Below, piece after piece: positions 28,287-41,297 of a stretch of 64,000 bases of DNA; position 1 is the stretch's first letter; each line of letters starts with the position of its first letter. The notes beneath the pieces were generated by a model that was given only the letters and a program-made list of their open reading frames with translations, searched no databases and had not been told where the DNA came from. The stretch is from Octopus vulgaris (Eukaryota). The position numbers and the translations under genes were made by a program. The stretch lies in contig OX597816.1 in assembly GCA_951406725.2 (NCBI GenBank), positions 155,868,001 through 155,932,000 on the forward strand, in the 5' to 3' direction.

Positions 28287-28891
28287 AGGGATTTCATACC
28301 AATTACACATCCATATAGTTATTTAGTGTTGCACGTAAATATTTCCAAACATTACATCTTATAGTACATGTAGAGACATCTGTCGGTCGTAAGTGGATAT
28401 GATTTAGTAACATGGACCATAAATATGCTAACTGATTCGGGGGCTTATGTAATGGTGAGCAGATAATAAAAACAATTTTTGTTGACGCAGACCGACACTA
28501 GTTCCTGCAGACATTTTCTTTTCTTCTTCTTTTCTGTATCTATTACTCGTTGTAGCCCGAATCCTTCGTGTTGCACGAAATGTTTCTCCTATTTCATGAT
28601 CGATCGTTCTTTTCCTCAAACAACATCCCATCATAAACATGTTTTTATTCTCGGTTTAGCATGAACTTTAACATCACTAAATTGTTTCTGTTTTCACACG
28701 ATATAAGAAAAATCCAGATATAAGAAATAGTTACTTATTTCCTTTTTCTTCTTCGTCTTCTTCTCTCCCTCCTCCTCCACCGTCACCAACTATGTATCAC
28801 TACACTCACAAAAGAAAAAAAAAAAAAAAAGAAAACATACGGTATTTTGTGAGTCTCTATTTTACACACGTTCATTTATTTTTGATCTTAC

Positions 28892-29089
28892 CTTGAAAAG
28901 TTACATTCCGGATATGACGTAACAGTTCTTCTCCGGGTAAATTGCGGCTGGCTCGGCACAATTTCACTTGGCCATTACATTTTTCTTTGATCATATTTTC
29001 AACAGCATGTGCCAATGAATAGACGGAATCAATAACAAATTGCACCAATCCTTCCTGTTGGTAGCTGACCCTGTCAAGGCTTTCGTCGC
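28892..29089 (-). CDS. mGluR: mGluR exon, Venus-flytrap domain
   Basis: ctctgttgcag|GC GAC...CAA G|gtaaga; 198 nt; (G)DESLDRVSYQQEGLVQFVIDSVYSLAHAVENMIKEKCNGQVKLCRASRNLPGEELLRHIRNVTFQ. Confidence 0.96.
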
Positions 29090-29499
29090 CTGCAACAGAG
29101 AGAGTAAGAGAGAGATTATGAGTTAGAAAATAAAGAAAAATAGAAAAATGCTTCCAATATTATGGCATCAGTGTTTCTGAGGATATACTTGTGTTGGTTT
29201 AAGCTGTTAAATTGCTGCCATGCCGGGTATTGCGTACAAATCTTTCAATCGATCATATCCACATCAGTACTTATTTCAGTTCGGTGTATTTTAAACAATT
29301 ATACATATTTATTGAATAACTAAATTACACATTTTATTAGAACGGCGGTTTTAAACCGGTAAATATTATATAGCCACGAATACAAAGTCACACATCTCAC
29401 TAGTGTAATTGTATGGTATTCAATTAGATCTCTAGCTCGTCAATGATGAGACTTGCTGACTATCGCCTATATGGACTAACAAAACTAGCTAAGTAGGGC

Positions 29500-30360
29500 A
29501 CATAGCACTTGCTATTCATGCATCTCCTGTCAACATATATCAGAAATTCAACAACATTGACAACTACATTAAGTACCGGATTGAAAATCTGACAAAACCT
29601 GGTCCCTCCCTTCGGCTTGATTCACAACTCTATATTACAGAGAAGGGATCTGTCTACCCCAATTGTTTGGAAAAGTGGCCAAGAGGAACCTATTCGTGGA
29701 CTACTTATCGGCCGTTCCTACCAGAATCAAGGACGCTTATGTACAAAATGAAATTTCTCGGATGTGTAACAAATGCAACGAAGCAACTGATAAAGCTGTC
29801 AACACCAAACAATTTCAAAGGGATCTACGAAGTAACATGTCCATCAGCTTTCCTCAAACGTCGAGAAGTTCGTACACACTGAAGGAAGAACCACACTCCC
29901 AGTGATGGAACGTGTTTCTTAAGACTCGCTATATTTCAACAATAGAACCGCTGCTACAGTTCAACAAATGGTCAATAGAGAACGTTTAAACATTGAGTTG
30001 GAACACACCGGGATCTCCTTGAGGATATTCCTGTTTGAAAATCGACAACCAAACAGTAACTAAATATGCACACTGGTTAACTGCCCCGTTAAACACGTAG
30101 CTATGTTTTCGAGGACGTACGTAATCAGCAGTAAAAGTGACAGTTCTTGTATCGGAAACACCGCTCGAAAGCTACATAACCGCATCAAGGAACACAAACA
30201 GATAAACAGATCATTCAAAAACATGAGGAGAAATGCTTACAGGCAGAATGTTACGGTTACCGTCAAGATAACAAAGTGTAACTTAGGTATTTCGAAGATC
30301 TAAACAGCCCATTTTTATAACAATGCTGAAATCTTCGACCAAGAGCAGAAGTAAGATAAA
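29500..30360 (+). mobile_element. Highly degenerate Penelope-like element (RT C-terminus plus GIY-YIG)
   Basis: LFVDYLSAVPTRIKDAYVQNEISRMCNKC (ORF 29663) resembles the PLE RT thumb region; TYVISSKSDSSCIGNTARKLHNRIKEH (ORF 30103) resembles GIY-YIG 'YIG.T.R.L..R..EH'. Confidence 0.65.
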
Positions 30361-32011
30361 TGCGGTGGATTGGCTATTAAAACAATACTATTCTGCGCAT
30401 ATCACAAATTCCCCCTCTTTCCATACTTCTGAGCAAAAGATGGCGGCTCAACACCATTCCCATTTTCTCTTGAAGGATAATTAATCTCTAAATACAGAAA
30501 TGTAAAGTAAAGTACAAAATGTTGTTCTATTTTCCTTACTTCAGTTTACACTAATATATTCTATTAGCATTGTATTGGCTTTTGAACAATTTCAATCTTA
30601 ACTTTGAATATTTCACAATGCTTTGCTATACTTATATACATACATTACTACAAACTATACTATAAGGTACACGTACATACATACATACATACATACATAC
30701 ATACATACATACATACATACATACATAGACAGAAATCAACTGATTCGCACATTACAAATACTATCTGTAAGCGGAACAGTAAAATTATACAAGACTTTAC
30801 TCAGGTTTAAAATGTAACATTATTTTCATTATCTACATTTCAGTGATGGAGTTTTGTATCTTTGTTAGAAATCAGCTCCATCTTCAGAGGAAGAATTTAA
30901 ATGAGCACGTACATACGTTCGTATAAGCAACGGATTTATACAAAGTTTCCGTCGACCAAATTGCATCGACAAACATCAACCAACCCAACGCAACAGGAAA
31001 AGATACTCTAGTCTAAGGTGCCATGTAGATAGATTATATCCAGAATCACCTTACTGCGAAGTGAACTTAATTACACAACTGTCTGCATATTAGTGCACGA
31101 AACTGTCCCTTCTCTATCTCTGTCTGTCTCTCTTTCTCTCTCTTGATCCATTTTAATCATCTGGAATTAGGAACACTGAAAACGCTTGATACTAGAAAAC
31201 GAAGAGAGCCTTCTATGTGGTGGCTTGACCTGTTAAAAAGGAACCGACAGCAATTTCTGCCTGTCTACCTGTCTGTCATTTTCTCTCTCACTCTCCCTCT
31301 CTTTTCTTTCTCTCTCACTCTCCCTCTCTTTTCTTTCTCTCTAACGTTACATTCTACACAAATAACATTGGATATCGTATCCCCAGATGAAAAAAAGCAA
31401 AACAAAAATGTATATATTGGTCACTGATGGAAATCTTATGAGAGATTCGCTCGATTAGGGCTGACTTATGGTAAGAGAAAAAAGCAATAACAAAAACAGC
31501 CACTTGATTACTGCAGGAAATTTCTATAACGATTTGCTTCAGTTACGCAACGTTTAAACCTGACTGGTATCAATTTTGCATTTTATTCCTCTGAGCCAGT
31601 TGAAATAATTACCTGACATATCCAAGAATCGATTCAATCGATTACATTTTTCTTAACGAATGAGTAGCTTCTTATCAAAATGTGAAATCAATATCTTATA
31701 GGATGTTCTCTCGATATTCACCAGACATATCAATAGGTCACGACTCAGTTATAAGGTAATTCATATCGCTGTCTGACAGCATGATATCCACACCAAAACT
31801 TTAAACGTTCATGTTTTACAGAGTTTGTAAAAGAAGAGGAATAGTATTTTATAGTGAAATTCCCATTGCTGAGATCACAGATATATGATACACAATATCT
31901 GTTCCTCATGAGATGTCAAGCTAGGCTTTAGATCACGAAGCCAAGAAATTCAAAGCGATCTTTAATGCAAAATAATTACTGAAGTGGAACAGCAGAGTAA
32001 AACAACGGTCT

Positions 32012-32056
<45 letters not shown>

Positions 32057-34342
32057 ATGATGATGGTAGTAGTGGTGGTGATAATTATAATGCTGGTTTT
32101 TGTTGTTGTTATTGCTACTAGCGGAAACCTTTCAGAAATAAAGTAAAAGCGAGAGGTTACAAACGTGTGGAGATATTTATATAAAGTTATATGAAATAAG
32201 AAGTTCTATAAAACGAAAAAGGTGTCAGTGAGGATATTTAATAAATAATTGAAGATTTTAAAAAACTTGACATAAATCAAACACAGGCTATAACTAATTA
32301 TACAAAAACACTCAATAGCAAAAATAAAATGGCTTAATAAATATATGATAAACATATAATAATATTATATATTTCTTTACTGCCCACAAGGGGCTAAATA
32401 TAATAATATTATAATAAACATATGATGAACAATTTGATTTGTCTTTTTTTCTTGCTTTTTTTTCCTTCTGTGGAAATGAGGAATTCACACAAATTAAATG
32501 AGGGAGAGGCCAAGTAAAACAAAATGGAAAGAGAGATTATTGATTCCGCTTTCTTTACTATGTCTCTGTGTGTAGTAAGAAGCTTACTTCTCAACCACAT
32601 GGTTCCGGGACCAATAGAGTAAATACTAGGCTTACAAAGAATAAGTCCTGGGGCCGATTTGTTCGAGAAAGCGTGACCCATGCACAGGCGGATTCGAATT
32701 TATAGTAAAAGACACTTGCCCAAGGTGCCACACAGTGGAACTGAACCCGGAACTATGTGGTTGGAAAGCAAGCTTCTTACCATACATCCAAACATAGTAA
32801 AGCCGCTTACCATACATTCGAATGTTCCAACGCATTTAATTTGGTGTATCCGTTAGTTCTTATGAATATCTTTGGTGGTGAATTCGGTAAGAAATCTCTG
32901 ATTTCTTCTATGAAGCTCCACATTATTAGTGTGGCCCACCTGTGACATATTCATTAGCTACGTATTTGAATGCTCCACTAAATCAGAGCCACCCTCATTC
33001 TCAATCTCTCGACATTATTTCTTGAACTATTTTAGTAGTTCTGTTAGTTCTTTTGTTTTGCGAAGAACTGTGAACTTAATTTCGATTTAAGTGGGATGAG
33101 AAGAGCTTCTCAATACTTTTTTCTTGCATTCTGTCTCTACCCACATTTCAGTGCTCATATTGAAACCTGGTGTGTCTATAAGGCACCAGAGAACATTTTG
33201 TGGGTTGAACATTGAATGACGCTTTTCTGTGTCCTCTATACAAGCTAATTTTATGTAATAATCAAAAGTGCAACAAATATTTTTTCTGGTTCTATTTCCT
33301 CTTCCCAAGTAAGTAACTCTTCCTCACCGTTTTGCCTGAAGTCTTCTATTAGTTGAATGAAAGAAACAACCTCTTCAAGAGGGACATTTACCTTCACTTG
33401 AGATAGTCGCATTTCTTACTGGGAGTTTTAATTTAATTTATTTTTTACCCTTGATACTAACCCTGAAATCCTATTTGTTCTCCAATGTTATCCACATGAT
33501 CAGGAGACAAAGTGAAAGAGTTAGTGAGTGACCTGAGGTAGATGACCATTAGAGTCAGTGCAACTAATGTACACTACAAGTTGTAGTCAGTAAGAAGGAC
33601 CACGCGACCATCCACTTTTGTTCTCGAGGGCGAGCAAACCTTTTCAGCCGTTCTAGTTAGTGGCAACCGAGGGCAGTATTGTCTAGACAGCAGCATACTA
33701 TTGTTACTGCTAGTTTTGCTGTTGTCACTGCTCTCTTTCTTTGCCTTTCCTGTACATTGTTGGCAAAAAAAGTCTCAAGTGTCTACCACTTCTATATGTG
33801 TAATGCTGATCCCTTTTACTTTACACCGATGATCTCATTGTCGTTGTTTCCGCTTCCTCAGTGGTACACGGCTCTGGAACAAGCCTTGGTTTTGGGAGTC
33901 ACGAGGAAATGTAATCCAAATTAACAACTCCCGACCATTTCTAGTGACCGCTTCATTCACAACCTGTTCAGAGGTCAATATCACTGATTGTGCAGTATGA
34001 GGTAGACGTGTGGGTAAGCAACCCGGGCTCTTCCTCAAGTATTAAAAAAACCAGGCAAACACAGTTTTCGCCGTTTGACAAGCCGCATCTTCCATACATA
34101 ACCAAACACAGGCCACCTGAAAATGCTCATTTGCGATGATGTACATGCCAAATTCCAGTTGTTATTAATGCAGAAAAATGTTACCTTCTTTCTTGGTCGT
34201 TTTTTATGTGTTGCTCGAGCAAGTAGGCATTATCTTTCATAACAAATATAGTAATTCATCGATCACGCATTAACGCTCTGCAATTCATCACCTTTGTATA
34301 TACGATACTTGCTTCTCTTAAAAGAAGCCAGTTTTGTGACTA

Positions 34343-34930
<588 letters not shown>

Positions 34931-35399
34931 ATAATAATAATAATAATAATAATGATAATAATAATAATAATATTAATAATAATAATAATAATGATAAATA
35001 ATGAAAGAGCTGAAACGGTGTATCATAGCAATAGCAAGTAAGCTTTCCAGTTATTAGAAAAGAATAGATTAGTGTCAACAGAATTGACTATGTGAGACAG
35101 ACCAGACTTTATAGCCAAATAATGTAGAAGAGTCTACTGAAGCGGAGAAGCGTAATGCGCAAGAGTAGTGTTCAGTTCGAGGGTTAGTATAGCTTCTGAT
35201 TATAAGGTTTCGTGCCAACCATTCCAGAATCTTCCATATGTATATTACTGCATACCTCTTTTGTCTTCGTTGCGGCGAGTAGAGTTGTATATGTTTCGGT
35301 CTCTCTCAGTAGCTCAGCTGTTCCATTGTCGCAAACGTGAGTTCAGACCAACAGCTCAACAATCTTAACATTCCTACGTGACTTTCCACTCACCATTCT

Positions 35400-36092
35400 C
35401 TCCAATTCCGCTATCAGTTTCATCCTTTTGGGTGACCACAGTTGAGAGAAATAGTCCAGACGGCTGAGTACAAATGTCCTTCATAGAACCAGCATAGTTT
35501 CCTGATACCTTGTTCTGAAGGTTCTCAGAATCCACCCAGCCATTCACTTGCACCTAGCCACCATCCTGGTGAAATGTACGTGAAACGAGGCGCCGTTGCT
35601 CATACCAGTCCCCAAATCACACACTGTACTTGACCCTAGGACTGTCGCTCCTTTTGGTCCAAAGTATTGCTGTTGTGACACGTGAGCATTAGCTAGCTGT
35701 TAGCATAGGGCTTGGAATTTATCTTCATTAAATTGCATGTTGTTTTCCTCATCCCCTTTATATAAGTCATTCTCGAGAGGATTATCATCCGAAGGTTCCT
35801 CGGCTGCTTGTATTACTTTTGTGCCGTCAGCATAGCTAATCAGCGTGGCTACCTGCGTAACTGATAGCATGTCTGAGAGAGCAACCGTAAACAACAGCAG
35901 CTCCAAGACAGATATCTGAAGCAATCCACTTTCTATTACTGTCCCCTTCGCTACCGCCTGGCTTCTGTCTTTTAAGAAGTCATGTAACCACTCTCCCAGT
36001 TTTCTGCCGATCCCGAGTCACTGTAGCATTTGACATATCATTCTATGTTCGACCTTATCAACTGGCTTTGCAAAGTCAAAATATATCACATC
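35400..36092 (-). mobile_element. Degenerate CR1-type LINE reverse transcriptase fragment
   Basis: DVIYFDFAKPVDKVEH, SYADGTKV (YADD box), NNMQFNEDKFQAL. Confidence 0.85.
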
Positions 36093-36495
36093 GATACATA
36101 CATGCATACATACACACACACATATTTGTATGCACACACACACACACACACAAACACACTCACACATATATATATATATGTGAACACACAAACATGTAGT
36201 GAAACGTGAAAGAGAAGCACAAAGTAGGGAAGAAATCAGCAAAACATAGTAAAGAAAGCGGAATCAATAATCTCTCTTCCCATTTTGGTTTACTCTGCCT
36301 CTCCCTCATTTAATTTGTGTGAATTCCTCATTTGCACATAAGAAAAAAAAAGCAAGAAAAAAAAGACAAATAAAAAATTAAAAAATACAAATACAAATCC
36401 ATTGCCAAGAACCCAAGAAGGAACAGCGACACTCGAAGTTCACCAGATAATAAGCACCAACGATATAAATATATATGTATGTATCTCTCTCTCTC

Positions 36496-36597
<102 letters not shown>

Positions 36598-37834
36598 AAT
36601 ATATATATACATATATACATATATGTATGTATTTTATATACATATGAATAAAGAAGAAAGAAAAGGAAAGGAAAAGTAAAAGAAAGAATGAATGCGGTTA
36701 AGAGCAGCGTTTCTGAAATTGTCCTGAGATTTTGCAATCTCAGAAATACAATCGACGTTTGAAGAGAAAGGTGAGTGGAAAGTCACGTACGAATGTTAGG
36801 ATTGTTGAGCTGTAGCTTTGAACTCAAGTTATATGTGTGTGATAGCATGTCTATATATGTGTATGAATGAATCTATGTAATAATATGTATACATTTATAA
36901 ATAATGTTTCTGTATTTGTGTGTGACTATATGTGTACCTCTAGAATGATATATGTATTTCCGTTTATGTATGGATGTGTAGATGTGTGTCTCTTTAACAG
37001 TATTTTCATGTATGTATATGTAATCGTTGTGCTTGTTCCTGTGCGACTATGCAACTCTATAATGGTACGTTCATCGGTGTATGTATGTATGCACATTATT
37101 ATAGTTGTACAAATGTATGCATCTATGTACGTACGTAGGTTTGTATAAATGTTGGTGTATGTGTGTACTTCTTTAATAATATACATAAATCTGTGTATCT
37201 GAATAAGTATGCGTGTTTGTGACAATATTACTCTACATGCATGTATGTATATGCAGTGTATGTGTTTGGGTATTGCCTCAATAACGATATGTGCATATAA
37301 GTATATGCATGGATGTGCAGTTGTTTATCTTTATAGGAATGAGTGTGTGATAGTATGTGCAATCATAGTGGGTATATGCTTCTATAACGATATGTGTACA
37401 TCTGTATATGTTAGTAAGTATACATGTACGAATAAATGTATGTATGCATAATGTTTGTGTGTGTATGTGTGTTTGTGTGTATGCGTGTATGTGCATATGT
37501 ATGCAAGCGCCTCGTAATAACATGTGTATGTCTGTGTATCTCAATATGTATGCGAACTTGTGTTAATATAAAAAGTGCGCATATATTTCAATGTTATGCG
37601 TGTGCTTGTGTATGAGCCTCTAACTGTCTGTTAGAATATCTCAACCGGTCAACATGTAACTCCTTAGTGTCCTTTCATCCTGATGATATTCCACTTAAAA
37701 TCTTCAAAATGCAAACAAATTTTAATATATATGTTTTATAATTTGTATTGAGTGTGAATTGAAACAATTGTAGGCATTGCTAATTAAATAAATTAATTTT
37801 ATCAATTAAATCTCTCCACATTCTTGCTCAACAT

Positions 37835-37866
<32 letters not shown>

Positions 37867-37871
<5 letters not shown>

Positions 37872-38075
37872 ATCCAAACATGAAAACACAAAGAGAAAAC
37901 ACAACAACGCGAGGACTTGGAACAAGTATAGTGTTATTGGAGCCTCGGGAAAGAAGGAAAGAAGGAGTGTTTAATGTTTCGAGCGGAGCTCTTCGTCAGA
38001 AGCATAGGAAAAGGAAAGATCCAAAGAATGGAAGACGGAGGAAAAAAATTGCCAACAGTACACACACGGTCACAT
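37867..38075 (-). mobile_element. Family D repeat with hammerhead motif at about 37969-38003
   Basis: Minus strand GCUU CUGACGA A GAGC UCC GCUC GAAA C AUU AAAC; flanked by (TA)n. Confidence 0.85.
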
Positions 38076-38934
38076 TTTGAATATATATATATATATATAA
38101 TTTTACAGGCATGCATACATACATACTCACACACACACACGTACACACACACTTTTCTCTATATTGCATTGTTCCAAAAGTCCCAGATTAACCAATATGA
38201 AGGCAGGAGATTCAAATGAGGAGAGCAGTGTCGAACTTCCTCCTTCACCAAAAGCCAATGACATAAGATAGGCCATTGAAAAGTTAATTACTCTGGTAGT
38301 GCAACAACATGGTCACAGCCTTCGAACGTATATAAGAATAAAGAATAAAAGATTATATATATATATATATATATTCTTTCATTCCTTTACTTGTTTTAGT
38401 CATTGCAGCCATGCAGGAGCCCTGCCTTTAGTCGAGCAAATCGACACCAGGACTTATTCTTTGTAAGCCTAGTACTTATTCTATCGGTCACTTTGCCCGA
38501 ACCGCTAATTTACGGGGACGTAAACGCACCAGCATCGGTTATCAAGCGATGTTGGGGTGGGGGACATGTGTACTATCGACGATATATATTAACTACTTTG
38601 CGGAAGGAGTAGGCTAATATACAACACATACAATTCATTACTAAACACAAATAGTCTGTGTGCAGCTTCTTCAGCAAGAAATTGCTGAACCGTGTTCTTT
38701 AACTCCGAGAGGCTACCATTTATTGAATGTGTGTGCATGCGTATGTGTGAGTGTGATAGTGTGTGTCTTCACAACGTGTGCATGTTATATAGATTGCTAG
38801 ATACACAAACATATGAATGTGTCTACATTTCTGTATGTATGTCATTATTCAGTTTATTTCAAGGTTTCTTGCCAATAGATAAAAAAAATCGGTTTCTAAC
38901 CTAGATTCAAGGCTCCTTCATTGAATTTTCAACA

Positions 38935-39290
38935 TCAACAACAAGGTATATTCGTATGTATGTATGTATGTATGTATGTATGTATGTATGTATGTATGTA
39001 TGTATGCATGTATGCGTATGTATGTATGTATGTATGTATGTATGTATGTATGTATGTATGTATGTATGTATGTATGTATGTGGAGATTTGTATGTTTTAT
39101 GTATGTATTCTCATGCCTATAGTTGCATGAGAATACATACAACAACAAGGTATATTCGTATGTATGTATGTATGTATGTATGTATGTATGTATGTATGTA
39201 TGTATGCATGCATGTATGTATGTATGTATGTATGTATGTATGTGGAGATTTGTATGCTTTATGTATGTATTCTCATGCATATAGTTGCAT
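38935..39290. repeat. Tandem duplication of a ~150-200-bp unit containing (GTAT)n
   Basis: caacaacaaggtatattc(gtat)n tggagatttgtatg...tagttgcat occurs twice. Confidence 0.9.
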
Positions 39291-39294
39291 ATCT

Positions 39295-39700
39295 AGACAT
39301 GCGCATGTATATTTAAATGATAAACTTCTGTAAAGTTTTACAGATTTATACAGTCCCTGTGATGGATTGGATCTGTAGTCTTCGAATCAGCTTTCCCCTT
39401 TCAGGTTTTGAGAAGTCTAATTTCTCAAGATTGATATTTAAGTAGTGTGTTACATATCTCAGGGCCCCAATAATTACAGGTATATAAACCTGAACTTGTA
39501 ATCTTGATAGAGTAACTGCGGATTTCTCAATAGTTCAGTATAGATGTTCTCTTTTTCACTGATCTTCAGCTTTATGTTAACATCCCCTGGGCAGTTAATT
39601 TCCACAACTGTGCACAGTTTCTCTTCTCTATTCCAAATCATTATATCAGGTCTGTTGAGCTTACATTTTAATGAAGTCTTCACTGGTACATTCTACAAGT
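39295..39700 (-). mobile_element. RLE-type non-LTR retrotransposon 3' fragment in a (CATA)n array
   Basis: ORF 39474..39683 NRPDIMIWNREEKLCTVVEINCP...KISEKENIY is a PD-(D/E)xK restriction-like endonuclease pattern. Related non-coding pieces at 38845-38955 and 42405-42498. Confidence 0.8.
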
Positions 39701-40103
39701 ATTCCCTTTTTATTATGAGAGGCTATGGGTTATTATGTATGTATTATGTATGATGTATGTTTGTATGTATGTATGTATGTATGTATGTATGTATGTATGT
39801 ATGTATGTATGTATGTATGTATGCATGTATGTATGCATGTATGCATGTATGCATGTATGTATGTATGTATGTATGTATATATATATATGTATATATATAT
39901 AATTTAGATTCAGAATATGGTACTTAAGTTAAAGGCACCTGAATTTAGTATGGTATCATCCAAATAATTCAAAATGGGGTGATTATAATCAAAATAAGCA
40001 ACAAGGATACCTCTGGATATCCTTGTTGCTTATTTTGATATATATATAAGAAAAATAAAAACGGAAAATACGCACACTTACATGGTTATAGTATAATTTT
40101 TAA

Positions 40104-40140
40104 TGTATCGACCGGTTTCACAATCGCTATTCATGATACA
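40104..40140 (-). ncRNA. Minimal hammerhead-like motif with A3-U8 core variant
   Basis: UGUAUC AUGAAUA GC GAUU GU GAAA CCG GUC/ GAUACA: perfect 6-bp stem I, palindromic ACCGGU stem III. Confidence 0.62.
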
Positions 40141-40341
40141 ATGTTTAATTTATATGAAAATATACTTTTTCTTAAGAAGAAAATGGGTCCATGTTGTTTA
40201 TAATGAGATTCACGGGTGAATGATTTTATAGGTTGACAAGTAAAGGGAGGTAATTGGTTGTTATTGTTATTGTTCTCTGTAAGGGAGATAACTGTTTAGG
40301 TTTTGGTGGGGAAAATATGTGTACAGAAAGGAGACAGGTTT

Positions 40342-40401
<60 letters not shown>

Positions 40402-40772
40402 AAACAAATGATAGCAACAGAAAATGGAATATATGGGTAACTTTATCGCTCACAACGATCGTTTCAACCCATCTTGCACTGACTCCACTCGCGGGGAGGG
40501 ATACTGTACATCTGGTCGTGGTGCATCGCTCCGCGAAGAAGTGCCTCGTCATGTGATTTTGCAAGTGGTATCTCGTTAAATAAACCCTGTTTCGGTCGGC
40601 TTTAATACATGTTGTTTAGCAGCAGCAATAGGCTTAAGCCCTTGGGTAGGAATGACGAGGGAATGATTTCGTTGCAATATTATAAACGGTTACTAGGTCT
40701 AAATGTATTTAATAGAAAATCAATGCCAAGGGATAAATAAAAATATAAAATATACAATGTAGGAAAGAATTG

Positions 40773-40885
40773 CGAGATGGTATCAAAAACGTCCTGGACT
40801 AGTTCTATAGTGCGCCCCAAAACGGCCGCCGGCAGTCGCGTGCGCAGTGAGAACTACTTTTGACCTTCATGACGCGTAGTATCAA
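40773..40885 (+). mobile_element. Left-end fragment of the same mariner family
   Basis: cgagatggtatcaaaaacgtcctggactagttctatagtgcgcc aligns with 15119-15160. Confidence 0.75.
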
Positions 40886-40889
40886 TCGC

Positions 40890-41069
40890 AACAGCTGATG
40901 TACTTGCGCGTACAAATGAACGTTCTCGTGGCTTTATCGATCGCATTCTCACCTGGAATCGATCTTTGTAATTTTTTGAAGACTTATACACGCCCAGATA
41001 CCTGAGCGCCATCGGATGGTGGATGCCCGAGATCCTAGAAGAAAGACAGACCGACAGAATGGATTTTAT
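40890..41069 (-). mobile_element. Possible Helitron-type 5' terminus
   Basis: Minus strand starts a|tctattatataaaatccattctgtcggtctgtc, the usual TC + (TA)-rich + ctgt start; no 3' end identified. Confidence 0.4.
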
Positions 41070-41091
41070 ATAATAGATATATTTATATATA

Positions 41092-41297
41092 TGTGACCGC
41101 GTGCGCATCGTTGGCGATTTTCGTCCTCCGTCTTCCCTTTCTTGGACCTTTCCTTTTTCTGTGTTTCTGACGAAGCGCTCTGTTCGAAACGTTAAATCCT
41201 TCTTTTTTCTGTCCTTTCCTGGGCGTCCAATAACACTATACTTGTTCCACACCCTCGCGTTGTGTTTTCTCTTTGTGTTTTCATGTTTGGATTAACT
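41092..41297 (+). mobile_element. Family D repeat with hammerhead motif at 41163-41197
   Basis: GUUU CUGACGA A GCGC UCU GUUC GAAA C GUU AAAU; stem II has a mismatch. Confidence 0.85.
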
